A stretch of DNA of 64,000 bases, from positions 186,001 through 250,000 of the IMG/VR virus record IMGVR_UViG_3300036770_004143. One strand, written 5' to 3'. Below are positions 9,066-18,001 of this stretch, one piece after another (positions within the stretch are counted from its first letter, which is position 1; every line of letters begins with the position of its first letter). Both the position numbers and the translations under genes were made by a program. The notes under the pieces are model-generated. The model searched no databases, was not told the DNA's origin, and was given only the letters and a program-made list of their open reading frames with translations.

Positions 9066-9983
9066 TTATTTCTTTTTAAATTGTTCAATAATGGTTTCAC
9101 AATCACTTAAATATTTACCACAATGACCTTTATCTTTGTAGGTGTATTTAAGATGATTTATTTCTGAAATACTACGTTTAAGCATCTCTAGTAAATCATT
9201 AACTTCTTCCTCACTATACATTCTCTCTTGCATCCATTCAGCACCTTCAATAAATCCTATTTTATGTGCATAAGGATTTAATCCATTTTTATATTCTGAA
9301 TTTATTTTATCCCAGTTATTTTCAGCAGCATCTTCAACCGTTTCTTGTTTACGTTTCATCATAATAGAATTAGATATTCTTTCTTCCTTCTTTGCTGATT
9401 CTGTGTATGTGAGTTTTTCTTGTTTAGGTTTACCACCAAACAAACCAGATGCTAAGTCATTAAACTCTTTTGTTCCAATTTTTGGTAATCCAAAATATTC
9501 TAAATTTAATTGTTTAGGTTCTTTTTTTGGAATAATTATTTTGTATTCCTTATGGAAAGTTGGATAACTTGTATGTCCTGCAAATCCAACATAATCTTCT
9601 ACTTCAATTTCTCTAACCTCAACCTCCTCACAACTTGGATTATTAACAAACCATTCTAAAAACTCATCATCAATAGCTTGAACATGGTCTTTAATCAAGT
9701 CTTGGTCTGTGGTTAGGATGATTTTTTTACATAGTTCATATCTATCATAATAACCTAAACGATATTCAGCAAAAAAATATTCATCACCATTTTTATAGAT
9801 AATTAAATCCCCTTCTATAATTTCTTCATCATTAGTGATGTATAGGTGTTGATTTTCGCTATCCAAAATGTTAGGCATAACCCTATCAAATAACCTTAAA
9901 TCATTAAAGACTTGCTTACCTTTTTTAGTTAGATATCCTAACCTACTTGGTTTATCTGTTGGAATTATGTGTATGTTTTTCAT
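9066..9983 (-). CDS. Hypothetical mosaic protein
   Basis: 305 aa ORF containing the ETVEDAA..GAEWMQERMYSEE module. Confidence 0.65.
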   Translation of the reverse strand: MKNIHIIPTDKPSRLGYLTKKGKQVFNDLRLFDRVMPNILDSENQHLYITNDEEIIEGDLIIYKNGDEYFFAEYRLGYYDRYELCKKIILTTDQDLIKDHVQAIDDEFLEWFVNNPSCEEVEVREIEVEDYVGFAGHTSYPTFHKEYKIIIPKKEPKQLNLEYFGLPKIGTKEFNDLASGLFGGKPKQEKLTYTESAKKEERISNSIMMKRKQETVEDAAENNWDKINSEYKNGLNPYAHKIGFIEGAEWMQERMYSEEEVNDLLEMLKRSISEINHLKYTYKDKGHCGKYLSDCETIIEQFKKK

Positions 9984-9988
9984 AATAT

Positions 9989-10351
9989 TTATTTTTTAGC
10001 AATTTCAATCATTTTTTGTAAAATTGACTCTTCTACTTCTTCATATGTTTCAAAAATAGGACTATTCCAATCCCCCCATTCAACCCACCATTTATCTACA
10101 TCAAACTTCTTTGGCTGCATATAAACACCATACTTCTCCCTAAACCACCTGAATACTTGTTGGTATAGTGGTGTTACTAATCTAAATCGGTCTTCTGAAA
10201 ATATTTTACTAAAATTAGAATTGGTTATGAGTCCAGAATTATCAATTATTACTTTTGTTTTATTTTCTTGAAAGTATCCAAAACATGGTTCGTCAAAATC
10301 TAACTGTTTGAGTTCTAACGCTATTTGATAACTTACAAATTCCTTTTCCAT
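9989..10351 (-). CDS. Hypothetical protein (ALELK..FDEPCF family)
   Basis: Paralog of 11982-12428 and 10353-10727. Confidence 0.65.
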   Translation of the reverse strand: MEKEFVSYQIALELKQLDFDEPCFGYFQENKTKVIIDNSGLITNSNFSKIFSEDRFRLVTPLYQQVFRWFREKYGVYMQPKKFDVDKWWVEWGDWNSPIFETYEEVEESILQKMIEIAKK

Positions 10352-10352
10352 A

Positions 10353-10727
10353 TTAATTTATTTTGTTTTTAGCAATTTCAATCAATTTTATTAAACACTC
10401 TAACTCCGCTTCTTCGTAAGTTCCAACTTTAGGGTCTTTATTAAACTCTTCCATTGTTCTTTGTTTAGCGTATTCTAAACCTGATAATGACATATCATAA
10501 ATGTGACAATCAAATTGTTTAGTATTTGGTCTAAACCCAATAAACCCTCTTAAATTATACTTCTCTCGAAACCACCTGAATGCTATAGCATTGACCACAG
10601 TTCTGTGAATCTTATTTAATGGTAATTCATCAAGATATTCTGGCGATATGTCAGTATCTTTTAAATTATGAGTTTTTGATAACCACTCAAACAATCCTAA
10701 AGATTCTAATTCATTGTATATTTTCAT
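10353..10727 (-). CDS. Hypothetical protein (FRWFREKY..YEEAE family)
   Basis: Shared motifs with neighbours; start moved to MKIYNE. Confidence 0.6.
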   Translation of the reverse strand: MKIYNELESLGLFEWLSKTHNLKDTDISPEYLDELPLNKIHRTVVNAIAFRWFREKYNLRGFIGFRPNTKQFDCHIYDMSLSGLEYAKQRTMEEFNKDPKVGTYEEAELECLIKLIEIAKNKIN

Positions 10728-10755
10728 TTTGTTTAGTTTATGGTTAATAAATTCC

Positions 10756-11016
10756 TTAAAACCTATCTGCAATCTTATTAATTAGTTCCTCATCCTCAAC
10801 AGTCAATTTCCAGTAGTTTTCACTTATTTTAGAAAGTTGTGTTTTCCTATCATCATATTTATCATCACCACCTCTATTAAGAACAAATCCTATATTATCA
10901 TCTTCCATTGCTTGTAATAGGTTCTCTCTAAACCTTTTGTTTCTTTTGAACATATAGATGATTTCATCTGAATAATCATCCAAATCAATATCAGCTTCCA
11001 CTGTAATGTATGACAT
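10756..11016 (-). CDS. Hypothetical protein
   Basis: ORF; TAnnTTTG promoter-like motif upstream (about 11039-11046). Confidence 0.6.
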   Translation of the reverse strand: MSYITVEADIDLDDYSDEIIYMFKRNKRFRENLLQAMEDDNIGFVLNRGGDDKYDDRKTQLSKISENYWKLTVEDEELINKIADRF

Positions 11017-11058
11017 AACTATTATTTTTTTTGATACACAAATATAAGGGAAATAAAA

Positions 11059-11559
11059 TTACTGCGCAAGTTCTTTCTGTAATATTTTCAAAACAGCATG
11101 ACTTGTATGACCATCAAAAGGAAATAATGCTTTTGATGTTTCTGGGACTTTAAAATCATCCCACCTATCTGCTGGATAGTGATTGGATATTTGGCCACTT
11201 GGTAATTTTGCCACAACAATAAACCAGCCCCCACCAAAACAAGGATAACCATCATTATGTTTCCAACTCTTATGGACACTATATTTGGTGTTCTGCATCA
11301 CCTGGTTCAAATCCTGGAACTCTTCATCACCTTTCTGATTTGCCCACTCATTAAACAATAAAGCATTGTAGGCTGCTCTAAAATCATATAATTCCTTAAA
11401 GGTGTGATATCCATCAGAGGTGTTTTCTGTTACTTTATGATAATCCTCTTCTAGTTTCTTGATACGTTCAAAAACCTCATTTGGGATTGTGTAATTTGTA
11501 ATCCTGCTACCATACTGGCTATTGATAACATCACATAAATAATCAACTGGTGTTTTCAT
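11059..11559 (-). CDS. Conserved phage protein (SDGYHTF..ELY..R, QISNHY, (W/F)DGHT family)
   Basis: Motifs recognised by eye. Confidence 0.65.
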   Translation of the reverse strand: MKTPVDYLCDVINSQYGSRITNYTIPNEVFERIKKLEEDYHKVTENTSDGYHTFKELYDFRAAYNALLFNEWANQKGDEEFQDLNQVMQNTKYSVHKSWKHNDGYPCFGGGWFIVVAKLPSGQISNHYPADRWDDFKVPETSKALFPFDGHTSHAVLKILQKELAQ

Positions 11560-11578
11560 AGTTTTAGTTTTTTTGTTG

Positions 11579-11980
11579 TTATAATTTTTCTATTTCTTGT
11601 TTAACTTCTAAATAATGTGCAATAGACCTTTCCATTTTAAAATCAAGATTAAAGTTAAGTACAAACAATATCTTATCAACTGCAATCAAAGCACATTGTT
11701 TAGCCTGTCCCCAAGCTGTATAGGTTTCCATAAATTCCCCTAAAGGCTCATCAATCCAAGTCTCATTAGGAGTTGTTTGATAGAATGTATCAACTAGCTC
11801 TTTTGCTTCTTCTTTTGGTGTTAAAATCATTTTGTTTTGTTTTTCTAACCCATTGTATATTAGTTTTTCCACATCCTTTTCCATTTCCTTTTCCATTTGT
11901 TTTAGATAATCATAATCATCATTTATTCTATCTTCCCAATGTTGTTGACTTCCTATATAATTTTCTGTTTGTTTGCTCAT
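11579..11980 (-). CDS. Hypothetical protein (TPKEEAKEL..AKQCALIAVD family)
   Basis: ORF with motifs typical of Bacteroidota phage proteins. Confidence 0.55.
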   Translation of the reverse strand: MSKQTENYIGSQQHWEDRINDDYDYLKQMEKEMEKDVEKLIYNGLEKQNKMILTPKEEAKELVDTFYQTTPNETWIDEPLGEFMETYTAWGQAKQCALIAVDKILFVLNFNLDFKMERSIAHYLEVKQEIEKL

Positions 11981-11981
11981 T

Positions 11982-12428
11982 TTATTTGTTTTTTACAACC
12001 TCAATTAATTTATTTAAACCTGCTAAATCAGCTTCTTCATAGGTTTCATATTCCCAATCACCAGAAGGTCTATTTTTTGGCATTGTATGGTATTCTTCAC
12101 CTGTTTTATGATTCCAAATCCAATAATTGTAACCAAGTTCACAATTGTGCTGATCAGATGTTGCTTCTACTGAAAATTGCCAATCAAACTTCTCCCTAAA
12201 AAACCTAAATGCTGCTGTAAAAGTAGGAGCTGAAGCATCTGTCTCTTTATTATGCTCATTATAATCTTGAAGACCATTTATAGTATCTAAAAAGATATGT
12301 TTATTATGTCTTCCAAGGTTGTAATCTATTATTTCAGTTTCTTTATAATTACCAAAACAAGGTTCTCTAAAACCTAGTTTTTTAAGTTCTAATGCTAGTT
12401 CATAAGGGACAAGGTCTTTAATAGCCAT
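11982..12428 (-). CDS. Hypothetical protein (ALELK..FREPCF family)
   Basis: Paralog of 9989-10351. Confidence 0.65.
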   Translation of the reverse strand: MAIKDLVPYELALELKKLGFREPCFGNYKETEIIDYNLGRHNKHIFLDTINGLQDYNEHNKETDASAPTFTAAFRFFREKFDWQFSVEATSDQHNCELGYNYWIWNHKTGEEYHTMPKNRPSGDWEYETYEEADLAGLNKLIEVVKNK

Positions 12429-12453
12429 AATTATTTAGTTTTTGAAAATGTAA

Positions 12454-12651
12454 TTAAAAATTATGCTTCAACATAGTCTTTTTTACATTTGGTTCTAAAT
12501 TTTGATATAATTGACCAATAATCTGTTCAAAAACTTCCCCTTCTGCTTGAATAAGCACTTTATTACTTATTTGAAGAATACTTTTTTTAACTACATAGGT
12601 AGTTACTTTATCTCCTAATTCTTTAGATATTTTCTGGCTTACACTATTCAT
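12454..12651 (-). CDS. MKNI-family microprotein
   Basis: Start moved to MNSVSQ. Confidence 0.65.
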   Translation of the reverse strand: MNSVSQKISKELGDKVTTYVVKKSILQISNKVLIQAEGEVFEQIIGQLYQNLEPNVKKTMLKHNF

Positions 12652-12800
12652 AATTTTAGGTTGTTTTGTATTTGAAACCATAGTTGACCATTTGTTTGAA
12701 CCTCTCCTACTCTAAGTATTTTTTTTCTTAATTGCATATTTGGTTTATCATGTACAAAATAACCCACTTGCATATACACTTTATCTATTACATTTTTCAT
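12648..12800 (-). CDS. MKNI-family microprotein (50 aa, not in track)
   Basis: MKNVIDKVYMQV...QIQNNLKL; ATGA overlaps at both ends. Confidence 0.7.
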   Translation of the reverse strand: MKNVIDKVYMQVGYFVHDKPNMQLRKKILRVGEVQTNGQLWFQIQNNLKL

Positions 12801-12970
12801 ACTTTAAATTTTAAGTTTGCTTTCATTTGCATAGATACTTGTTGGCTAACTTGCCTCCATACCTGATGATATACTTGATGCCTAGCATTATTAACCACTG
12901 GTACCCGTGCATGTTTATTCCATCTTGGATACTGGACTTTAGCTTCTATTTCATGACCTACATTTCTCAT
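12797..12970 (-). CDS. MKNI-family microprotein (57 aa, not in track)
   Basis: MRNVGHEI...QVYHQVWRQVSQQVSMQMKANLKFKV. Confidence 0.7.
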   Translation of the reverse strand: MRNVGHEIEAKVQYPRWNKHARVPVVNNARHQVYHQVWRQVSQQVSMQMKANLKFKV

Positions 12971-13140
12971 ACTTTAAATTTTAGGTTTTCTTTTATTTGA
13001 ATAGATACTTGTTGATGAACTTGTGTCCAAGGTCGTAGATATACTTTATCCCTAATATGATGAACCACTTGTATTGATATGGGAGTAATGGATCGTGGGT
13101 TTTGTATTTTATTTCCAATTTTACTAGCCACATTTTTCAT
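12967..13140 (-). CDS. MKNI-family microprotein (57 aa, not in track)
   Basis: MKNVASKI...QVHQQVSIQIKENLKFKV. Confidence 0.7.
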   Translation of the reverse strand: MKNVASKIGNKIQNPRSITPISIQVVHHIRDKVYLRPWTQVHQQVSIQIKENLKFKV

Positions 13141-13307
13141 GCTTTTAATCTTTTTTCTATTTTGGAAAACAATTCTTGAAGTGTTTGATTACCAAATTGG
13201 GGGTAATCATAGTATTCAATAGTTATTTGTTTACGTAATTCTTTACGTAATACAAAATTAACTTTCATACCTATATGTTTCCGTATTTTATCATCTACAT
13301 TTTTCAT
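13137..13307 (-). CDS. MKNI-family microprotein
   Basis: Start moved to MKNVDD. Confidence 0.65.
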   Translation of the reverse strand: MKNVDDKIRKHIGMKVNFVLRKELRKQITIEYYDYPQFGNQTLQELFSKIEKRLKA

Positions 13308-13311
13308 GCTT

Positions 13312-13698
13312 TTAATTTTTTTCAAAATAAAAAACTATATCAATCTCATTCTCCTGGACAAGACCATAACGTTTTGCAATTTTATATTGGGTTGATTTCT
13401 CATTTAGATGTTTCATGAACCCTTTAATCAAAGACCTAAACTCTTCCAAAGATAATGAATGTTTATTAATATTGCAACTTGGACAGCTTGGATTTTGATT
13501 TTCAATTGTTAATCGTTCTGGATGCTGCATAGGATTATCTTTATCTATCACAAATTTCTTCTTAACTTTGTCATATATATGATTTCTTTTAACAGGTTCT
13601 ATTTCGTCAATGTGCCAACCTTTCTCTAACTTATCACCACAATAACAACATCTACCATTGCATTTTTCAAACAACAAATCTCTAACTTTCTTACTCAT
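13312..13698 (-). CDS. HNH endonuclease
   Basis: CNGRCCYCG, WHIDEIEP, NQNPSCPSCNINK; start moved to MSKKVR. Confidence 0.85.
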   Translation of the reverse strand: MSKKVRDLLFEKCNGRCCYCGDKLEKGWHIDEIEPVKRNHIYDKVKKKFVIDKDNPMQHPERLTIENQNPSCPSCNINKHSLSLEEFRSLIKGFMKHLNEKSTQYKIAKRYGLVQENEIDIVFYFEKN

Positions 13699-13865
13699 AA
13701 AATTATCTTTGGCAAGTTTCTTAATTTTAGGTTGATTATTCCTTGCATATAAGCCCCCATCCAAACATTACCAGGAAGATATTCTTTTATTTTTATTACA
13801 CCCTTTAAATTTCTTAGAGTTTCATCATGCACTTGATTCAAAATTATAGTTCTTATACTTTTCAT
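13695..13865 (-). CDS. MKNI-family microprotein (56 aa, not in track)
   Basis: MKSIRTIILNQVHDE...NLKLRNLPKIIL. Confidence 0.7.
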   Translation of the reverse strand: MKSIRTIILNQVHDETLRNLKGVIKIKEYLPGNVWMGAYMQGIINLKLRNLPKIIL

Positions 13866-14032
13866 AAAATTATCTTTGGCAAATTTCTTAATTTTAGGTT
13901 TATTGTCACTCGACTATTAAACCACCTAAACTGATTACCAGGTAGGTATTCTTTTTCTTCTATTGTATCCTTTAACTTAACTTCAATTTCATCATACACT
14001 TGATTCAAAATTTCAATTCTTACACTTTTCAT
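13862..14032 (-). CDS. MKNI-family microprotein (56 aa, not in track)
   Basis: MKSVRIEILNQVYDE...NLKLRNLPKIIL; recent duplicate of 13695-13865. Confidence 0.7.
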   Translation of the reverse strand: MKSVRIEILNQVYDEIEVKLKDTIEEKEYLPGNQFRWFNSRVTINLKLRNLPKIIL

Positions 14033-14379
14033 AATATTATAGATTTAACTTTATACCATATTTGTTTACCTATGACACTTATTAAGCGACGACCAGTACG
14101 TAGATATGATAACTTTGTATCAACTTTAAAATCAACTCTATAACTAACATTATCAGTTTTAGTGTGAAAAACATTAACCTGTATTTTAGTAAATTTACTA
14201 TTTACCACACTTGAAATATTTCTCATTGTTAGCATTTGATTTGTTGTTTTATGATATAGTTCTGTCCAGATTTTATGGCGCAATCTACTAAATAAAGTTT
14301 CATAACTTCCATTCCAAATTGGGATTCTAATTTCATTTACTAATTTATCTTTTGTTTCTTGCCCAATATTTTTCATCAC
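14029..14379 (-). CDS. Fused double MKNI-family unit
   Basis: MKNIGQ... followed in frame by an internal MRNISS... Confidence 0.65.
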   Translation of the reverse strand: MMKNIGQETKDKLVNEIRIPIWNGSYETLFSRLRHKIWTELYHKTTNQMLTMRNISSVVNSKFTKIQVNVFHTKTDNVSYRVDFKVDTKLSYLRTGRRLISVIGKQIWYKVKSIIL

Positions 14380-14564
14380 TTAAACATTATTTTTATTCTA
14401 AGATTATCTGTAAAATTATGTGTCATTTGCTTAAATATTTGGTCATTTATTATTTCTCGATATCTAATATGATATGCAGGATTAATAGTTGGAATTAAGT
14501 TAAGTCTTTCTAACTTCTCTATTGATGAAATTTTCTTTGTGATTTTACTGTTCACTCTTTCCAT
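14376..14564 (-). CDS. MKNI-family microprotein
   Basis: MERVNS start. Confidence 0.65.
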   Translation of the reverse strand: MERVNSKITKKISSIEKLERLNLIPTINPAYHIRYREIINDQIFKQMTHNFTDNLRIKIMFK

Positions 14565-14776
14565 TTCTTAATTTTAAGTTTTTTTGGATTATCTATTTCA
14601 AGCCACACCTGGTCTCTTATTGGTAAGAAAACTTGTCCGTATATACCATCCTCTACCTTATCCCACATAATTTTCCATAATCTATCACCAATATTTGTGG
14701 CAGCATTTTGTTTTATGTTAGAATTTACACCATCATATATCATCACATCAAATATGTTTCTACTAATGTTCTTCAT
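14552..14776 (-). CDS. MKNI-family microprotein
   Basis: MKNISR start; contains IRDQVW. Confidence 0.7.
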   Translation of the reverse strand: MKNISRNIFDVMIYDGVNSNIKQNAATNIGDRLWKIMWDKVEDGIYGQVFLPIRDQVWLEIDNPKKLKIKKWKE

Positions 14777-14969
14777 AGTTTAATTTATTCTTTATTTGGG
14801 TAATTAATTTTTCTGCAATATTATTATCCACCTGCAACCAAGAAGGATCCCATAATTTAACTGTAAGTTTAGTATATATTTTCCATCCTTTGTCAAATAT
14901 AGCATTATCAGCCTTCATCCTATATTGGTCATATATTTTACGTAATATAAATTCATTAATATTCTTCAT
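14763..14969 (-). CDS. MKNI-family microprotein
   Basis: MKNINE start; paralog of 14956-15162. Confidence 0.7.
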   Translation of the reverse strand: MKNINEFILRKIYDQYRMKADNAIFDKGWKIYTKLTVKLWDPSWLQVDNNIAEKLITQIKNKLNYEEH

Positions 14970-15162
14970 GTTTTAATTTATTTTTCACTTGCATAACTAC
15001 ATTATTAGTCACGTTATTCTCCACCTGAAGCCAAGCAACATCCCACAACTTATTTCCAATATTAGCATATATGTTGTATCCTTTGTCATTAATAATATCA
15101 TTGACCTTTTCCCTATGTTGCTTATATATTTGATAAATTATTTGTTTATCAATATTCTTCAT
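14956..15162 (-). CDS. MKNI-family microprotein
   Basis: MKNIDK start; shares KLWD..WLQV.NN. Confidence 0.7.
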   Translation of the reverse strand: MKNIDKQIIYQIYKQHREKVNDIINDKGYNIYANIGNKLWDVAWLQVENNVTNNVVMQVKNKLKHEEY

Positions 15163-15168
15163 GTTTTG

Positions 15169-15348
15169 TCATTTTAATTTTCTAACTTGTTGAATAACAT
15201 TATTTGTTAACCAATGAAAACGGCTTATTTGTATAAATTTACTATTCATGTTAGTTTTAAGATACATACTATATGATATATCTTTTGTAACTTTCTCCTT
15301 AATCTTTAAATGTATTTTCCACACTATTAAGTCCCCAATGTTATCCAT
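15169..15348 (-). CDS. MKNI-family microprotein (59 aa, not in track)
   Basis: MDNIGDLIVWKI...NNVIQQVRKLK. Confidence 0.65.
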   Translation of the reverse strand: MDNIGDLIVWKIHLKIKEKVTKDISYSMYLKTNMNSKFIQISRFHWLTNNVIQQVRKLK

Positions 15349-15538
15349 GTTTAAAATTATTTTTCATATTAGGAAATAAATTTTTGATTATGTTATAATA
15401 TGCAATGTTATCTACCTGATTTTTTGATTCATCCATAATAGGTGCAGCTTGAAACCATGCTTTCTCATACTTCTTACCAGGATAAATTTTATCAATATAT
15501 AATCCTTTTGAAGTTATAACTCTGGAAACATTCTTCAT
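15341..15538 (-). CDS. MKNI-family microprotein
   Basis: MKNVSR start. Confidence 0.7.
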   Translation of the reverse strand: MKNVSRVITSKGLYIDKIYPGKKYEKAWFQAAPIMDESKNQVDNIAYYNIIKNLFPNMKNNFKHG

Positions 15539-15544
15539 TCTTGT

Positions 15545-15730
15545 TTATTTTAAAATGGTTTCTTTAATCAATGGTGGTTGTGCATTAGTTATCTGATTAC
15601 GAACCTCACTATTTAATTTGAGGTGAATCCTATACATTGTATCCATACTCCAAAAACTCACAAGCGTAGGTGTACGATATTTAACTAAATAATTAATTTG
15701 ATTATGGATATGTTGTTTAACATTCTTCAT
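15545..15730 (-). CDS. MKNI-family microprotein
   Basis: MKNVKQ start. Confidence 0.7.
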   Translation of the reverse strand: MKNVKQHIHNQINYLVKYRTPTLVSFWSMDTMYRIHLKLNSEVRNQITNAQPPLIKETILK

Positions 15731-15731
15731 T

Positions 15732-15926
15732 TTATTTATTTTTTCTAATTAAAAACCTAACAATAGGTATGCAGGGCATTTTATTCTGTATCTGCTCTAA
15801 CATCTCCTCAAATTCTAAATCACTTTTACGCCTCAAATATTTATTTACTTTATAATCAATAAATGCTTCATTATTTGTATTTAAAATATCAATTTGTTTT
15901 GTTATTTTTGAACCAACGTTTTTCAT
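15732..15926 (-). CDS. MKNI-family microprotein
   Basis: MKNVGS start. Confidence 0.7.
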   Translation of the reverse strand: MKNVGSKITKQIDILNTNNEAFIDYKVNKYLRRKSDLEFEEMLEQIQNKMPCIPIVRFLIRKNK

Positions 15927-15944
15927 ACTTTTGTATTTTAAAGT

Positions 15945-15980
15945 AAGAAGGCTACTTAAAAATCTCCAAGTAGCCTTCTT
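15945..15980. terminator. Hairpin (terminator or processing site)
   Basis: Perfect 13-bp inverted repeat aagaaggctactt/aagtagccttctt. Confidence 0.6.
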
Positions 15981-15985
15981 TGTTA

Positions 15986-16372
15986 TTAGTCAATAACCCT
16001 TTTCTTCATATTCTCCAAAGGATCAAACCTTGTCTGGATTCCAGCATAGTATTTGCCTGGTGGAACAATAGTGTGTCTGTGGTCTTTTTTAGGCGTAATA
16101 ACAGCCGTATCCATAGAAACACCAGATCCTAATAGTTCTGACTGTAATGAGTGGTTTAGAATACACTCATCATGAGCCTCAATAAGAAATCCCCCATCTG
16201 GGTATTCATAAATGTCATAGTTACCAAATAAGGCATGGAAACTACCTGACCTTTCTGATGCAGCAATAAATTGCTTTTGCACCTTTTTAACATCACTAGG
16301 GAGTTCAGTTAATCCAAAGAACTGGACATCACCTTGGTGGAAAGAAATGTTGGAAAAATTTAATTTACTCAT
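15986..16372 (-). CDS. Conserved protein (HQGDV...H family), usual neighbour of DUF6745-type genes
   Basis: FHQGDV, GSFHAL and HRHTIVPPGKY motifs. Confidence 0.55.
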   Translation of the reverse strand: MSKLNFSNISFHQGDVQFFGLTELPSDVKKVQKQFIAASERSGSFHALFGNYDIYEYPDGGFLIEAHDECILNHSLQSELLGSGVSMDTAVITPKKDHRHTIVPPGKYYAGIQTRFDPLENMKKRVID

Positions 16373-16397
16373 TTTTTTGTTATTTTAAGTTTAAAAT

Positions 16398-17357
16398 TTA
16401 GTTGGCAGAATACCACGTGTAATCAACAGAACCAGGAACATTACTTGGTCTATGCCATTTGGCACACTCAATAGCATCAGTGAATGTTGGACATGTATCA
16501 ATTAGATACACAGATTTAGTGCTAGGACAAGTGAACTCAATCCAGGCATAAGGTTGGTCAAACTCACCTTTGCTGTTCTGTAAGAAAGGATATGTGCTTT
16601 TTGTTTTGTATATCCTTATAGTTTCAGCATAACCATTTTTGTGGGTCACATTTTTCTCATCAACAGTAATTGCATCTAGCATTTCCAATAATCCCTCGTT
16701 TCCAAAATTCTCTTTTATAATAGTGATGATGGCTGCTTTAATATCCTCATTACTCTCATTGTGGAAACGTATCTTTGCATTAATTAATGCATCACAATCC
16801 TTGAATATCTCCTCCTCAATAAACCTGCCATTCACATAGTGCTGACCATACCCATCAGCAAACTCAATAGCATACCCTGTTGTGCAATGCAAGTCATTGT
16901 TTTCATTTCTTGCAATCTTTTTTGGGTATTTTGATACCAAGCAAACCTCATCCATTTGGATTTGAGCATAAGAGTTTTCAACACACTCTAGGATTAGATT
17001 AAAATCCTCTCTGTATTCATCAAGGAAGTCAAAGTTGTCCATAAAGTAGCCATAGAATGACAACCAAGGAATATCTTCTGCATTGATATATACAGAGAAT
17101 GGTTCATATTCAATGTTATCACCTGTATTACCCTTTAACCTGTTAATTTCTAATTGACAGGCCATTGGGCTATCTAATAGAACCACTCTTGGTTCTTCAA
17201 GGCCACAAAATTTGTATAACTTTTTCATAGCTATCTCTGTCTTTTCAACATTATGGTTTTTATAAAACTCATAGTTGAATATTTTGCTCAGCCAGGCATC
17301 TCTGTGGATGTCTAGCTTAGCTTCCTGTTCTGGGGTTAGACTCTCAATTTTTTGCAT
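16398..17357 (-). CDS. DUF6745-like protein
   Basis: KIESLTPEQE, LDSP..C, WLSFYGYF, LHCTTGYAIEFADG and CPST..VY motifs; start moved to MQKIES. Confidence 0.6.
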   Translation of the reverse strand: MQKIESLTPEQEAKLDIHRDAWLSKIFNYEFYKNHNVEKTEIAMKKLYKFCGLEEPRVVLLDSPMACQLEINRLKGNTGDNIEYEPFSVYINAEDIPWLSFYGYFMDNFDFLDEYREDFNLILECVENSYAQIQMDEVCLVSKYPKKIARNENNDLHCTTGYAIEFADGYGQHYVNGRFIEEEIFKDCDALINAKIRFHNESNEDIKAAIITIIKENFGNEGLLEMLDAITVDEKNVTHKNGYAETIRIYKTKSTYPFLQNSKGEFDQPYAWIEFTCPSTKSVYLIDTCPTFTDAIECAKWHRPSNVPGSVDYTWYSAN

Positions 17358-17404
17358 CTTTCTATTTTTAAGTTTTAACAAATGTAATATATTTTTTTCA
17401 CAAT

Positions 17405-17665
17405 TCAAAACCATATTTTAATTAAAAACCCCCACTTTTGAATTAATTTTATTGTAGATAAAACCAATTTTGTTTTTGAAAAAGTTTCAGCATCTGTGCT
17501 AGTTTCAAACAACTTGCCAAATGTTAAGATAACAGTATCGCGCATTTCTTTTTTTTCAATGCCCTTATCTGGACCAGAAAAAACCATTGAACTAACTTCT
17601 TCAATTTGAATGATTTGCACTTGAAACCAAGTACCTGACTTTATTACTTTTGTGGTGATTTCCAT
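17405..17665 (-). CDS. Hypothetical protein
   Basis: ORF; TATCTTTG promoter-like motif upstream. Confidence 0.55.
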   Translation of the reverse strand: MEITTKVIKSGTWFQVQIIQIEEVSSMVFSGPDKGIEKKEMRDTVILTFGKLFETSTDAETFSKTKLVLSTIKLIQKWGFLIKIWF

Positions 17666-17734
17666 TGTGTTTGTTTTTTGTTAATGCAAAGATAATCTTT
17701 AATCTTGAATAAACAAACACTATGAATAAGTTTT

Positions 17735-17995
17735 TCATTTTATTTTATAATAATCTTCTAGGAAAGAATGTAATCCCTCAATTGTCCTGGGAATTTCCAC
17801 GTTTGTTTCTTTTGTTCCAAAATCTATGTCAAAAATATAGAAATGAATCCACTCCCAGCCAATGTTTCCATACTCTTTCAATATGGTTTCTTCAAACGAT
17901 TTAAAGAACACATCCCATATTGCAGGTTGATCCTCTTTCTCTGAATGGAATTTCTTAAAGTTATCCATTATAATCTTGAACTTATCTAAAGTCAT
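17735..17995 (-). CDS. Hypothetical protein
   Basis: ORF. Confidence 0.6.
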   Translation of the reverse strand: MTLDKFKIIMDNFKKFHSEKEDQPAIWDVFFKSFEETILKEYGNIGWEWIHFYIFDIDFGTKETNVEIPRTIEGLHSFLEDYYKIK

Positions 17996-18001
17996 TTGTT
18001 A

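Larger units (their letters stand above)
12454..15926 (-). repeat. Tandem array 2 of 16 MKNI-family microprotein genes (17 units), interrupted by an HNH gene
   Basis: Abutting ORFs with frequent ATGA overlaps; six are below the 60-aa track cutoff and were translated by hand. Confidence 0.85.
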
